A stretch of DNA of 58,215 nucleotides from an uncultured Candidatus Saccharibacteria bacterium (lineage in GTDB: Bacteria; Patescibacteriota; Saccharimonadia; Saccharimonadales; UBA4665), in NCBI GenBank assembly GCA_964477925.1, contig CAYZFT010000001.1, positions 1 through 58,215 on the forward strand, given 5' to 3'. Position 1 is the stretch's first letter. Every line of letters begins with the position of its first letter. This document shows, in pieces, positions 8,946 to 17,123 of this stretch. The notes under the pieces were generated by a model that saw only the letters and a list, made by a program, of their open reading frames with translations, had not been told where the DNA came from and ran no database searches. The position numbers were made by a program, and so were the translations under genes.

Positions 8946-9403
8946 TGCGCCATTTGAAACTTGTTGGCGGTAGGGTTGCGTTTTGGCTCGGCTGGCCACT
9001 CTGGTGGCTGCTCATGCACCATAGTGAGCGTTCTCGTGTTTTGCTCGTAGCCGACAATCATGTGCTATTGACGCGGGGTACGCTGAGTGCAGGCGAATGG
9101 AGCTTGCCAGGTGGCGGGTTACACCATGGTGAGGCCGCAAAGATAGGGGCCTGCCGCGAAATAGACGAAGAGCTCGGTATTAGTATTACCGCCGACCAAG
9201 TGCGCGAGCTGGGCGTTGAGCCGACACGTAACAGCGGTATAGCCTACACAGCGTACTACATGGTCACAGAGCTTGAGACGCGTCAAACGCCTGCAGCTCG
9301 ACTCGAAGTTGCAGATGCCCGCTGGGTATCGGCAAAAGAGATACCGACGCTAGTAGTCGATGCGGCGACACTACGGGCGCTTGAACTTTGGGCAGCTTGC
9401 TAA
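8942..9403 (+). CDS. Nudix hydrolase
   Basis: Nudix box GGGLHHGEAAKIGACREIDEELGI. ATGA overlap with the helicase stop. Confidence 0.85.
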   Translation: MMRHLKLVGGRVAFWLGWPLWWLLMHHSERSRVLLVADNHVLLTRGTLSAGEWSLPGGGLHHGEAAKIGACREIDEELGISITADQVRELGVEPTRNSGIAYTAYYMVTELETRQTPAARLEVADARWVSAKEIPTLVVDAATLRALELWAAC

Positions 9404-9472
9404 GCTTGCTATACTGAAAGGTACTAGCCAGTCCAATTCCAGGTAGTTTGTGGGCGGTTTTGGTACACCATA

Positions 9473-10711
9473 ATGCAAGAGATACAAGACGAAAAACAAT
9501 CGAGGGCAGAGATTCGTCGTGGGCGTTTGCGCCGCTTTATTGAGCACCCCTTTGGGCTGCCGATAGTTGTGTTTTTGGTACTTGTTAGCATCACGGCACT
9601 AATCGTGGGCGTTGTCTTGTGGCGTAACTCACGTCACCCGACGGTGCGTGCTCGCGAGAATTACATTGTTATTGTCAACCACGACGAAAAGAAACAGATT
9701 GTACCAACCGATGAAAAAACGGTGGGTAGCCTGCTCAAACGACTCCGTATTGAAATTAAGGCCGGCGACCGCGTTGAACCAGCTATGGACGAACCGATTA
9801 CCGGCGACAACTTTTTGGTAAATATTTATCGTTCGGCACCAGTGGCTATTGTCGATGGTGCTCAGCAAACGATGGTGAAAAGTGCTGCTGCTACCCCTCG
9901 TAGTGTGGTTGCCGAAACCAGTACGAAGTTGTACCCAGAGGACATATTGAGTGCAGATTTGACCGATAATTTTGTCCTGCAAAAGAGTCTTGGTTACCGT
10001 GCAGTGATTGACCGTGCGACACCGGTAGCGATGAAGCTCTACGGTAAGCCGCTCAATCTGCGGACCCATGCTACAACCGTTGACGCGCTACTCAAAGAAA
10101 AAGGTGTCAAGTTGAGCAAGGAGGATACCGTTCGACCGGCAGCTGCCATGGCGCTAACCCCAGGCATGGAAGTGGCGGTGGTGCGCAATGGCATACAGGT
10201 TATTACGCTTGACGAGCAAATCCCTGCGCCCATTCAAAATATCATTGATGCTTCGCTGTCATTTGGTAGTTCAGCTGTCCGTCAAGAGGGTAGCCCCGGT
10301 ACCGTTACTAACACCTACCAAATCAAAGTAGAAGGTGGTTTTGAAGTCAGCCGAAAACTGTTGCAGTCAGTTAGGGTGAGCGACCCGGTGCCACGTATCG
10401 TCGCCAAGGGTAACACGGTCAATATACCTGCCGACAAGCAAGCTGTCATGGCGGCCGCAGGCATAAGCCCGAGTGATTATGCCTATGTTGACTACATCTT
10501 CTCGCGGGAGTCGCGCTGGAACGCGGCTTCACTCAATGCTGGTGGCTGTGGTGGTCTTGGTCAAGCCTGCCCGGCGGGTAAGCTCGCTACCGTCTGTCCC
10601 AATTGGCAGACTGACCCAGTGTGTCAAACGCGTTGGTTTACTGGTTACGCATCGCGCTATGGTGGGTGGGCCGGTGCATACAATGCATGGCTCACGAAAC
10701 ATTGGTGGTAA
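9473..10711 (+). CDS. secreted/anchored cell-wall protein with a C-terminal APF/SagA-like lysozyme-like domain (RpfB/YabE-like architecture)
   Basis: N-terminal TM helix. A G5-like segment (SPGTVTNTYQIKVEGGFEVSRKLL). C-terminus SRESRWNAASLNAGGCGGLGQ...RYGGWAGAYNAWLTKHWW resembles the aggregation-promoting-factor C-terminal domain. Confidence 0.6.
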   Translation: MQEIQDEKQSRAEIRRGRLRRFIEHPFGLPIVVFLVLVSITALIVGVVLWRNSRHPTVRARENYIVIVNHDEKKQIVPTDEKTVGSLLKRLRIEIKAGDRVEPAMDEPITGDNFLVNIYRSAPVAIVDGAQQTMVKSAAATPRSVVAETSTKLYPEDILSADLTDNFVLQKSLGYRAVIDRATPVAMKLYGKPLNLRTHATTVDALLKEKGVKLSKEDTVRPAAAMALTPGMEVAVVRNGIQVITLDEQIPAPIQNIIDASLSFGSSAVRQEGSPGTVTNTYQIKVEGGFEVSRKLLQSVRVSDPVPRIVAKGNTVNIPADKQAVMAAAGISPSDYAYVDYIFSRESRWNAASLNAGGCGGLGQACPAGKLATVCPNWQTDPVCQTRWFTGYASRYGGWAGAYNAWLTKHWW

Positions 10712-10809
10712 GCGTGAGTGCTGCATCGTGTATGCAGGGGAATCAGCTAATAAACACACTAGTTTGCATTGTTGGCAACTACTAATTATCTATGGTATAA
10801 TAAACAATC

Positions 10810-12375
10810 ATGTCGCCCTCGACTCAACAACTTCGAATTTTGCTGCAAGAACAGCTACGCTTGGCCGATGCCCGCGACCGTGCAGCAGTCGAAGCTATAA
10901 GCAGTGGTGATAACTTTATTGATGTACCTGCGACTGGCAGAACCGTCTCGAGTGCCTATGAGCAGCTCAGGAACGCCGCCGATAATGCCGAAGAGCACCT
11001 GCTTTTGCAACGGGCAATCAAACGCTTCTATCGGCTCAACATATTTACCGCCAAACGGGACGCCAAACAGCTTAACATGGAGCTCATATCAGAGCTTGTG
11101 CTTGCTGGCTACCTGCAGAATAACACGGTGAGCAAACAAGCCATCGAACGTCTTGATACCATTCTTACGTCATACCTTCAAGCGCTTGAGCGTCTGAATG
11201 CGGGTGTCGGTAAGCGTGAGCATAAGACCGAATGGGTGTTGGCTTGCTTGTCATCTGATATTGAGTCTTTACTCAGACCTCACAATCGACGACAAGCTTT
11301 GACGGCAGTCGCCTATCAGTATTTTTCTTTGGCCATCGACCGCAATCAGTTCGAGCACATGCCTGATACCATTGGTTATGAGCTGTGCCTCTACATCGTT
11401 GCACATCAAGCATTACTCAAGTCTGACATCGATATCGTTCGGGCAGATGTTCGTGTCATGTATGGCATCGACCCAGCAGACACTGAGCGGTTTCTACAAA
11501 TCAATCAGCAGGTTGAACATTATTTTTCCTGTCCACTGACAACGCAGTTACGCCGGCTCGTCAACCGCAACGGCGCCCCCCTGCGTATCCTAAAGTCGAT
11601 GATTACGAGCCGGCCTGACTTGCCGGAGCTGCTTGGCGACCGGTCTGGCTTCATGAATGCCTATCGATATCAGGCAGAGCAAGAATACATGCAGGTTAAC
11701 AAAAAGCTCAATACGGGGTTAGCCAAAAGCGTGGCCTTTGTCTTTATTACCAAAATGATTATTGGGCTTGCTATCGAGATACCCTATGACCTCCTGACCC
11801 GAGGGGTTATTGCCTGGACGCCACTGTTAATTAACTTACTTTTCCCGCCAGTTTACATGGTATTGCTCAGACTCGGTATTAACATGCCGAAGCCTGCCAA
11901 TACCGATAAGCTGCAGCTTCTTATTGATGATATTCTTTATAGCGGTGAAGTCGCGCTACTCCCCGCGCCAGGTCAAAAGAAGATTAAGTCATCAGCACAA
12001 GTTGTGTATGATTTGCTCTTTTCGATACCGGTCGCTATCACCATTGCTGTGCTGTACGCGCTTGAGTTTAACATTGTTCAGATGATAATTTTCTTTGTTT
12101 TCTTCTCGACGGCAAGCTCACTCGGTTTTCGCCTGCGCAGCATGGTTACCGACCTGGAGGTCAGTCATCGCAGTACTGGTTTATTTGCCTCGTTGCGCGA
12201 TTTTCTGTACCTTCCGTTTATCGTCTTTGGGCAATGGATTAGCGCAGAATATAAGCGGTTCAACATTGTTGGGCGTATGCTTGACATCATTATCGAGCTA
12301 CCACTCAAAACGTTCTTTCGCCTGGCTCGGCAGTGGATGCGCTTTCTCGATGAGCAACACGAGCAGTTGTACTAA
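10810..12375 (+). CDS. hypothetical multi-pass membrane protein
   Basis: 521 aa. Helical soluble N-terminal half and 4-5 TM helices in the C-terminal half. TGgTATAAT (-10 at 10796-10801) lies 8 nt before the ATG. Confidence 0.6.
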   Translation: MSPSTQQLRILLQEQLRLADARDRAAVEAISSGDNFIDVPATGRTVSSAYEQLRNAADNAEEHLLLQRAIKRFYRLNIFTAKRDAKQLNMELISELVLAGYLQNNTVSKQAIERLDTILTSYLQALERLNAGVGKREHKTEWVLACLSSDIESLLRPHNRRQALTAVAYQYFSLAIDRNQFEHMPDTIGYELCLYIVAHQALLKSDIDIVRADVRVMYGIDPADTERFLQINQQVEHYFSCPLTTQLRRLVNRNGAPLRILKSMITSRPDLPELLGDRSGFMNAYRYQAEQEYMQVNKKLNTGLAKSVAFVFITKMIIGLAIEIPYDLLTRGVIAWTPLLINLLFPPVYMVLLRLGINMPKPANTDKLQLLIDDILYSGEVALLPAPGQKKIKSSAQVVYDLLFSIPVAITIAVLYALEFNIVQMIIFFVFFSTASSLGFRLRSMVTDLEVSHRSTGLFASLRDFLYLPFIVFGQWISAEYKRFNIVGRMLDIIIELPLKTFFRLARQWMRFLDEQHEQLY

Positions 12376-12398
12376 CCCTGGATGGTACAATAGGTTTT

Positions 12399-13211
12399 AT
12401 GAGTAGCGGCGTTATCCCCAAAAAATCACTCGGTCAGCACTGGCTGTACGATGCAGCGACGCTCGAACATATCGTCGACTGCGCCGACGTAAAAGCCGGT
12501 GATTATGTGCTGGAGGTTGGTCCGGGGCTCGGGACGCTGACCGAACGTTTGCTCCATCGTGGCGCAAAGCTGACGGCGGTCGAGTTTGACCATGATTTGG
12601 CCGAGAAACTGCGCGCTCATAATTTTGGCAGTTTGCCAGCTGAGGCCAGCCTGACAGTTATCGAAAGTGACATCTTGCAGTTTGACCTACGCCAACTGCC
12701 GGCAGGTTACAAAGTCGTGGCAAACATCCCCTACTACCTGACGAGTAACCTCATCCGTGTGCTCTCTGAGAGTAGCGTGCCTTTTAGCACTGCAGCGATT
12801 CTCATCCAGAAGGAAGTCGCCGAGCGCGTCTGCGCTGCCCCTGGCAGGATGTCGTTGCTGGCTGTGAGTGCGCAGTATTACTGCGAGGTTTCGCTTGGGG
12901 ATGTCGTGCCGGCACGACTTTTTACACCCCCGCCCAAGGTCGATAGTCAGGTGCTTGTTTTGACTTACCGTGCCAAGCCGCTATTTGATGATGTTGACAC
13001 CAAACTCTTTTTCCGCCTTGTCCGTGCCGGCTTTAGCCAGAAACGCAAAACGCTCGTCAATTCGCTCAGTGGCGGTTTGGCTATCAGCAAAGATGAAGCC
13101 CGTGAGCTGCTCGTGGGTACCGAGGTTGACCCAGCTACCCGCGCCCAAAATCTAGCACTCGCGCAGTGGTACCAGCTTTACACTGCTTACTCTTTGCGAT
13201 ATAGTCACTAA
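12399..13211 (+). CDS. rsmA: 16S rRNA (adenine1518/1519-N6)-dimethyltransferase
   Basis: Contains PKKSLGQHWL, VLEVGPGLGTLT and ANIPYYLTS. TGgTACAAT (12386-12391) lies 7 nt before the ATG. Confidence 0.93.
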   Translation: MSSGVIPKKSLGQHWLYDAATLEHIVDCADVKAGDYVLEVGPGLGTLTERLLHRGAKLTAVEFDHDLAEKLRAHNFGSLPAEASLTVIESDILQFDLRQLPAGYKVVANIPYYLTSNLIRVLSESSVPFSTAAILIQKEVAERVCAAPGRMSLLAVSAQYYCEVSLGDVVPARLFTPPPKVDSQVLVLTYRAKPLFDDVDTKLFFRLVRAGFSQKRKTLVNSLSGGLAISKDEARELLVGTEVDPATRAQNLALAQWYQLYTAYSLRYSH

Positions 13212-13212
13212 T

Positions 13213-13881
13213 ATGAATGAATTACCTGGTATAAAACAGCTTCGCCTAGCCGGCAAAGCGGCGATGGAACACGTCGCAGCGTGGCTCTACAAAATAACAA
13301 ATGGTAAGCTAAAGGCTAACACAGTAACGTGGGTCAGTGTGCTTATGCACATCCCGATAGCGGTGTTAATTGGCATGGGCCAGTTCTGGTGGGCAGCGCC
13401 ACTGCTTATCATTTTCGGCTTGTTCGATGCAGTTGACGGTGCACTGGCACGGCTTTCGGGTACTGCCAATACCGCAGGCATGGTACTCGATTCGTTCACC
13501 GACCGCCTTAAAGAAACGTTTATGCATGCCGGCGTTGCCTGGTTCTTGGCTTCGAGCGATACGCCGCAGCTTGCGGTTTTACCACTCATTGCACTGGGTT
13601 TCTCACTCGCCAGCAACTTTTTGAAGGCAAAAGCCGAAGTTGCATATTCAGTTTTGCACGACGGCTCGATAGACCAGCACACGCTAAACAAAAAGTTCTC
13701 TGACGGCGCTCTTTCGTTCGAGGTGCGCACGGCGGTGTTCATCCTCGGCCTGCCACTTGGCTACCTCTCGGCAACCTATCTTGCAATCGTCGAAGCAGTC
13801 TTGGCTGTCGGCATCTGGCAGACCCCTAAAGACATGCGCGCCATAATTGATGCTATTACTCCGCCCAAAACATCTACATAG
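13213..13881 (+). CDS. CDP-alcohol phosphatidyltransferase family protein
   Basis: Motif DAVDGALARLSGTANTAGMVLDSFTDRLKE fits D-x2-DG-x2-AR-x8-G-x3-D-x3-D. Multiple TM helices. Confidence 0.85.
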   Translation: MNELPGIKQLRLAGKAAMEHVAAWLYKITNGKLKANTVTWVSVLMHIPIAVLIGMGQFWWAAPLLIIFGLFDAVDGALARLSGTANTAGMVLDSFTDRLKETFMHAGVAWFLASSDTPQLAVLPLIALGFSLASNFLKAKAEVAYSVLHDGSIDQHTLNKKFSDGALSFEVRTAVFILGLPLGYLSATYLAIVEAVLAVGIWQTPKDMRAIIDAITPPKTST

Positions 13882-13922
13882 GAACCTGATAACTATATAA
13901 AAATTGTATAGGAGCTAAAACA

Positions 13923-14585
13923 ATGGGATTGGTTACACTAGAGCGCACAGTGCCAGTTACAACGCCATTAGACCAACAAGGTCAGTCGGCTGAGCTGTTG
14001 GGTCTGCCTCAGACAAAGTTAGAGCTCGGAACGAAGTTAGTGGGTTTGGCGCCAGCCTTAGGTCATGTCGTGTCTGGGCTTTTTAATTATGCGAGCCGTC
14101 TTAAAACCGATGTGGGTGCAGTCGGTGAAGAGGGAATACGGTTTAGCGTAGAGTCCGGTGACACATGGATGTATGGCAACAAAGCAGACAATAATGGAAC
14201 GGTTGCCTTAGGGGAGCTTGTTACTGGTATGACACATGGGTTATTACTGCCAAAAAATATGTTGTTAATTCCGAAACTTACTTTGCAAAATGAAGTACAT
14301 CAACTAATCGAGAGCGATGGGTATCATCAAATTTGCGTTGCTCACATGCGTGGGTTTAAATACGAACCGAAAAAGAGAGGTTTGGCAGATTTTATAACCA
14401 TGAATGATTTTTCCATAAATCCATTCGGGAAACCTCGTGAAATTCAAGCAGATCAACCATCTGATGCCGTAGTAAGGTACTCGCATGTGGCACGTGTCTA
14501 TGTTGGACACGTGGCGGCACTTGGTATGAAGCTAAAAATCTTAGGCGCAGGTAAATTGCAGGAGCATCAGTTTTTGGCAGGTTAG
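13923..14585 (+). CDS. hypothetical protein
   Basis: 220-aa ORF with SD taggag 8 nt upstream. No recognisable motif. Looks AT-richer than its neighbours by eye. Confidence 0.55.
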   Translation: MGLVTLERTVPVTTPLDQQGQSAELLGLPQTKLELGTKLVGLAPALGHVVSGLFNYASRLKTDVGAVGEEGIRFSVESGDTWMYGNKADNNGTVALGELVTGMTHGLLLPKNMLLIPKLTLQNEVHQLIESDGYHQICVAHMRGFKYEPKKRGLADFITMNDFSINPFGKPREIQADQPSDAVVRYSHVARVYVGHVAALGMKLKILGAGKLQEHQFLAG

Positions 14586-14610
14586 TCTTTCGGCGGGCAG
14601 GCTTTTGTAG

Positions 14611-14616
14611 TATAAT
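14611..14616 (+). promoter_or_regulatory. -10 box (TATAAT) upstream of ssrA
   Basis: tgtagTATAATatgc lies 29 nt upstream of the mature tmRNA 5' end. No good -35 was seen. Confidence 0.4.
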
Positions 14617-14644
14617 ATGCTTACGGTCTTTTGGCCGTCATAAT

Positions 14645-15049
14645 GGGGCTGAATTTTAAGCTCGACGTTGGTACATTACAGTTATGTTTGCAGGTCGCTT
14701 GTCAGCGTTATAGGCAAAATTGAATAGATGCAAAATCTTTCAAACAAGTAGCCGCCGATTTCAAGGCAGGTTTCGAGACTTTGTCTCTGAATCTCTTTGG
14801 AACTCGTGCAGCTAACGTAGCCTAAACAGCTACAAAACGCCTTTGACGATGCTAGATAGCCAAAGTAGCGTTCTATATTTCTAGACGCTCGCGTGGCACC
14901 ATCCATGCCATGCGCCAAGACTAGGATTGCTCGCGTATGATGTTTGTCTGTTTCGATACATGCGCGCTAAGACAGCAAAATAGACTAAACCTGTAGAAGC
15001 TAACTGTTAAAATCGACGGACCCGGAGGCAGTATCCGGCGGCTCCACCA
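14645..15049 (+). ncRNA. ssrA: tmRNA (SsrA), one-piece
   Basis: The 5' end GGGGCTGAATTTTAAGCTCGACG matches the tmRNA consensus. The 3' end is GGAC-CCGGA-GGCAGTA-TCCGG-CGGCTCC-A-CCA (T-arm, acceptor, encoded CCA). G3:U pair in the acceptor stem. A candidate tag ORF resumes at GCA 14730 and stops at TAA 14823-14825. Confidence 0.85.
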
Positions 15050-15090
15050 AAGTAAAGACCTCATCGAAAGATGGGGTCTTTACTTTGGTG
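15045..15090 (+). terminator. 21-bp hairpin with GAAA tetraloop overlapping the tmRNA 3' end
   Basis: caccaaagtaaagacctcatc-gaaa-gatggggtctttactttggtg. The left arm includes the last 5 nt (CACCA) of the tmRNA. No U-run follows. Confidence 0.6.
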
Positions 15091-15187
15091 CCATATTGCG
15101 AAAAACATATGCAAAATAGTAAATTTTTTCACAGCTAAGACTCAGTAACATGGCGCATGATGAGAGCGGAAAGGAGGATAACAGCTA

Positions 15188-15550
15188 ATGACATACACTA
15201 ACCTAATCCGCAGAATCAAATCCATGGCAGGAGCGCGTGAAGATGAATCGCAAGACGCGCTCGGGGTCGTGGTAGAGAACGTCGCTGCCAACCTAACAGA
15301 CTATACTCGGCGCGGTTTTGCGGCGCGGTTACCACGCGAGCTACAAGACGCCGCGCAGACGATGCCGACCATGACGCATCTCGACGAAGATATCATCGAA
15401 CAGTTGATGGATCTCGACGATGTTGACGAGCATAGGGCAAGGCGCAATCTGCGAGCCGCATGGCGCGCACTACTCGAGCTTTTTGACAACGAGTCGGTTG
15501 AAGACATTAAGGCAGAACTGCCCCAAAATGTTATCGCCGTCTTGCATTGA
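15188..15550 (+). CDS. DUF2267-like protein
   Basis: 120 aa with a two-repeat layout, each repeat carrying an LP-x-E/N-L/V motif (ARLPRELQDA, AELPQNVIAVL). SD aaaggagg upstream. Confidence 0.6.
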   Translation: MTYTNLIRRIKSMAGAREDESQDALGVVVENVAANLTDYTRRGFAARLPRELQDAAQTMPTMTHLDEDIIEQLMDLDDVDEHRARRNLRAAWRALLELFDNESVEDIKAELPQNVIAVLH

Positions 15551-15573
15551 TAGATGTTTAACAAAGAGAGGTA

Positions 15574-15756
15574 ATGATAGTGTCTCGAACATTTCGACAT
15601 CGCAACGAACATGGTAAACAGCAAGAAAGTCGCACGCACAGCCAAGGACACAAATATGATGGCCATAAGCAAGCGGCGATGGTAAACCTCGCACACCTAG
15701 AACGTAACGCAGGCCAGATTGGTACGCGCCGTTCTGGCCGCAATAAGCAGTCCTGA
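15574..15756 (+). CDS. hypothetical small basic protein
   Basis: 58-60 aa, rich in R/K/H/Q. SD agagagg sits 8 nt before GTG 15580 (ATG 15574 is the alternative). Followed by a clean terminator. Confidence 0.45.
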   Translation: MIVSRTFRHRNEHGKQQESRTHSQGHKYDGHKQAAMVNLAHLERNAGQIGTRRSGRNKQS

Positions 15757-15776
15757 GTCGATTGGGATTCCACGTA

Positions 15777-15809
15777 AAACAGCCACAATCCTGTGGCTGT
15801 TTTCGGTTT
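15777..15809 (+). terminator. rho-independent terminator
   Basis: aaacagccaca-atcc-tgtggctgttt followed by tcggttt. Confidence 0.75.
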
Positions 15810-15867
15810 GTGCCAATTTATGAGTGGTTGATGTCGCGACTGTTCGAGCACCTACCTAATCCCATGC

Positions 15868-15897
15868 CAAAAGAAAAAGGCCACACGAGGTGACCTT
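15868..15897 (-). terminator. rho-independent terminator (minus strand) after the tRNA-Ala 3' fragment
   Basis: Minus strand reads aaggtcac-ctcgt-gtggcctt followed by tttttctttt. Confidence 0.6.
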
Positions 15898-15904
15898 CTT
15901 TTCT

Positions 15905-15926
15905 TGGTGGAGCTACAGGGACTCGA
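15905..15926 (-). pseudogene. 22-nt copy of the tRNA-Ala 3' end (T-arm half, acceptor, CCA)
   Basis: tggtggagctacagggactcga is identical to 16093-16114. No cloverleaf can be completed upstream of it. Confidence 0.8.
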
Positions 15927-16056
15927 CCTACCTTTGGCAGGCCCGCAGTTTCACGACTGGCAACAAGTTGCCATCGGAAAGCTGCCTTGCGACATGCCGC
16001 CGGCATGTCTCACCTGGACCTCCGAGGTCCAGTGCTCGAGGTCCGTACATCTACCC

Positions 16057-16084
16057 AAACAAAAAGCCGGTCAAAATGACCGAC
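16057..16084 (-). terminator. weak terminator-like hairpin plus U-run after tRNA-Ala
   Basis: Minus strand reads cggtc-atttt-gaccg followed by gctttttgttt. The stem is only 5 bp. Confidence 0.35.
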
Positions 16085-16092
16085 CCTTTGTT

Positions 16093-16169
16093 TGGTGGAG
16101 CTACAGGGACTCGAACCCTGGACCTCTTCCATGCCATGGAAGCGCTCTAGCCAACTGAGCTACAGCCCC
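16093..16169 (-). tRNA. tRNA-Ala (anticodon GGC), CCA encoded
   Basis: Reverse complement folds as GGGGCTG TA GCTC AGTTGGCTA GAGC G CTTCC ATGGCAT GGAAG AGGTC CAGGG TTCGAGT CCCTG TAGCTCC A CCA. The G3:U70 alanine identity pair is present. Confidence 0.95.
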
Positions 16170-16272
16170 ACAATTTGTAGATTTTGAATGATTGCTCGTG
16201 CGGAGCATGTGCTTGGGTTAGCTAGAGCGCTTTTTGCGGGTTATCTACTAACTCGTTCTTGCGAACTCGGAC

Positions 16273-16292
16273 AGCCAACTGAGCTACAGCCC
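16273..16292 (-). pseudogene. 20-nt copy of the tRNA-Ala 5' end (acceptor plus D-arm)
   Basis: agccaactgagctacagccc is identical to 16149-16168. The downstream sequence does not complete a tRNA. Confidence 0.75.
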
Positions 16293-16336
16293 GGAACCGC
16301 ACCTACTATACCGTACCTTGTGTCATAATACCAGTG

Positions 16337-17092
16337 ATGAGCCGAAAAATAACGATGCTGGTCGGTATGATTGCGGCATCGGTTGTGTCTGCGCTGGGAG
16401 TGGTAATTGTGGCGGCCTGGTTGTGGCCGCAAGCCGGTGGTGTGGCAACGTGCCTCAACACACGGTGTTTTTGTGAGGCGGCCCGAGGCGGACTAATGAA
16501 ACAGCCAATTAATACGTTGAGTTCACTGGCTTATGTTGTGGTAGCGGCATATGCGTGGCTGCGGCTACGGTACGCACGGACGAGCAGGGTATTTCAGGGG
16601 TTCATCGCGAGCATGGTTATCATTGGCTTGGGTAGCGCGTACTACCATGCGAAACTCAGTTTTGCGGGGCAGTGGCTCGATGTACTTGGCATGTATCTTT
16701 TCGCGACACTTATGATTTGCGCGACTCTGTTACGGGCAAATATAGTTTCAAAGAAGTTGGCAACTACACTATTCGTGGCATTCAACATTACACTTGGCAT
16801 TTTACAGTTCACATTACCAGATACGCGTCGGTATCTGTTTGCGTTGCTCATAATCGTCGCACTGGCACTCGAGTTTACGCTTATCAAACACAATCAAAAT
16901 CGCAAACATCTCTACCAAGCTCTTGCGCTCATGGTCGCAGCGTATGCCGTCTGGCTTCTTGACCAATCCCTAACCGCCTGTGCACCCACATCGCTCATTC
17001 AAGGTCATGCCATATGGCACATTCTCGGTGCAATAGCAGCGTATTGCGTGGTCTTACGATATCATTCAGGAGACACCACCAAAGGGGCGTGA
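16337..17092 (+). CDS. ceramidase-family integral membrane hydrolase
   Basis: Seven-TM layout with NTLSSLAY, GSAYYH, DVLGMY and GHAIWHILG, matching alkaline ceramidase family signatures. TGtCATAAT (16324-16329) lies 7 nt before ATG 16337. The ORF track start is GTG 16334. Confidence 0.7.
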   Translation: MSRKITMLVGMIAASVVSALGVVIVAAWLWPQAGGVATCLNTRCFCEAARGGLMKQPINTLSSLAYVVVAAYAWLRLRYARTSRVFQGFIASMVIIGLGSAYYHAKLSFAGQWLDVLGMYLFATLMICATLLRANIVSKKLATTLFVAFNITLGILQFTLPDTRRYLFALLIIVALALEFTLIKHNQNRKHLYQALALMVAAYAVWLLDQSLTACAPTSLIQGHAIWHILGAIAAYCVVLRYHSGDTTKGA

Positions 17093-17123
17093 CATCACAA
17101 GTGGGGTGTGGGACAATGGGGTT

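Noticed and set aside
14682-14918. 78-aa minus-strand ORF in the apparent gap after 13923-14585
   Set aside because: It lies entirely inside the tmRNA gene (14645-15049, plus strand). It has no SD or motif, so it is a spurious antisense ORF.
15927-16092. SRP (4.5S) RNA or 6S RNA in the spacer between the tRNA-Ala and its 3' fragment
   Set aside because: It lacks the GGAA tetraloop with flanking AGCA/GGAA symmetric-loop motif of SRP domain IV. It is too short and lacks the central bubble of 6S RNA. It is reported only as an unassigned structured segment.
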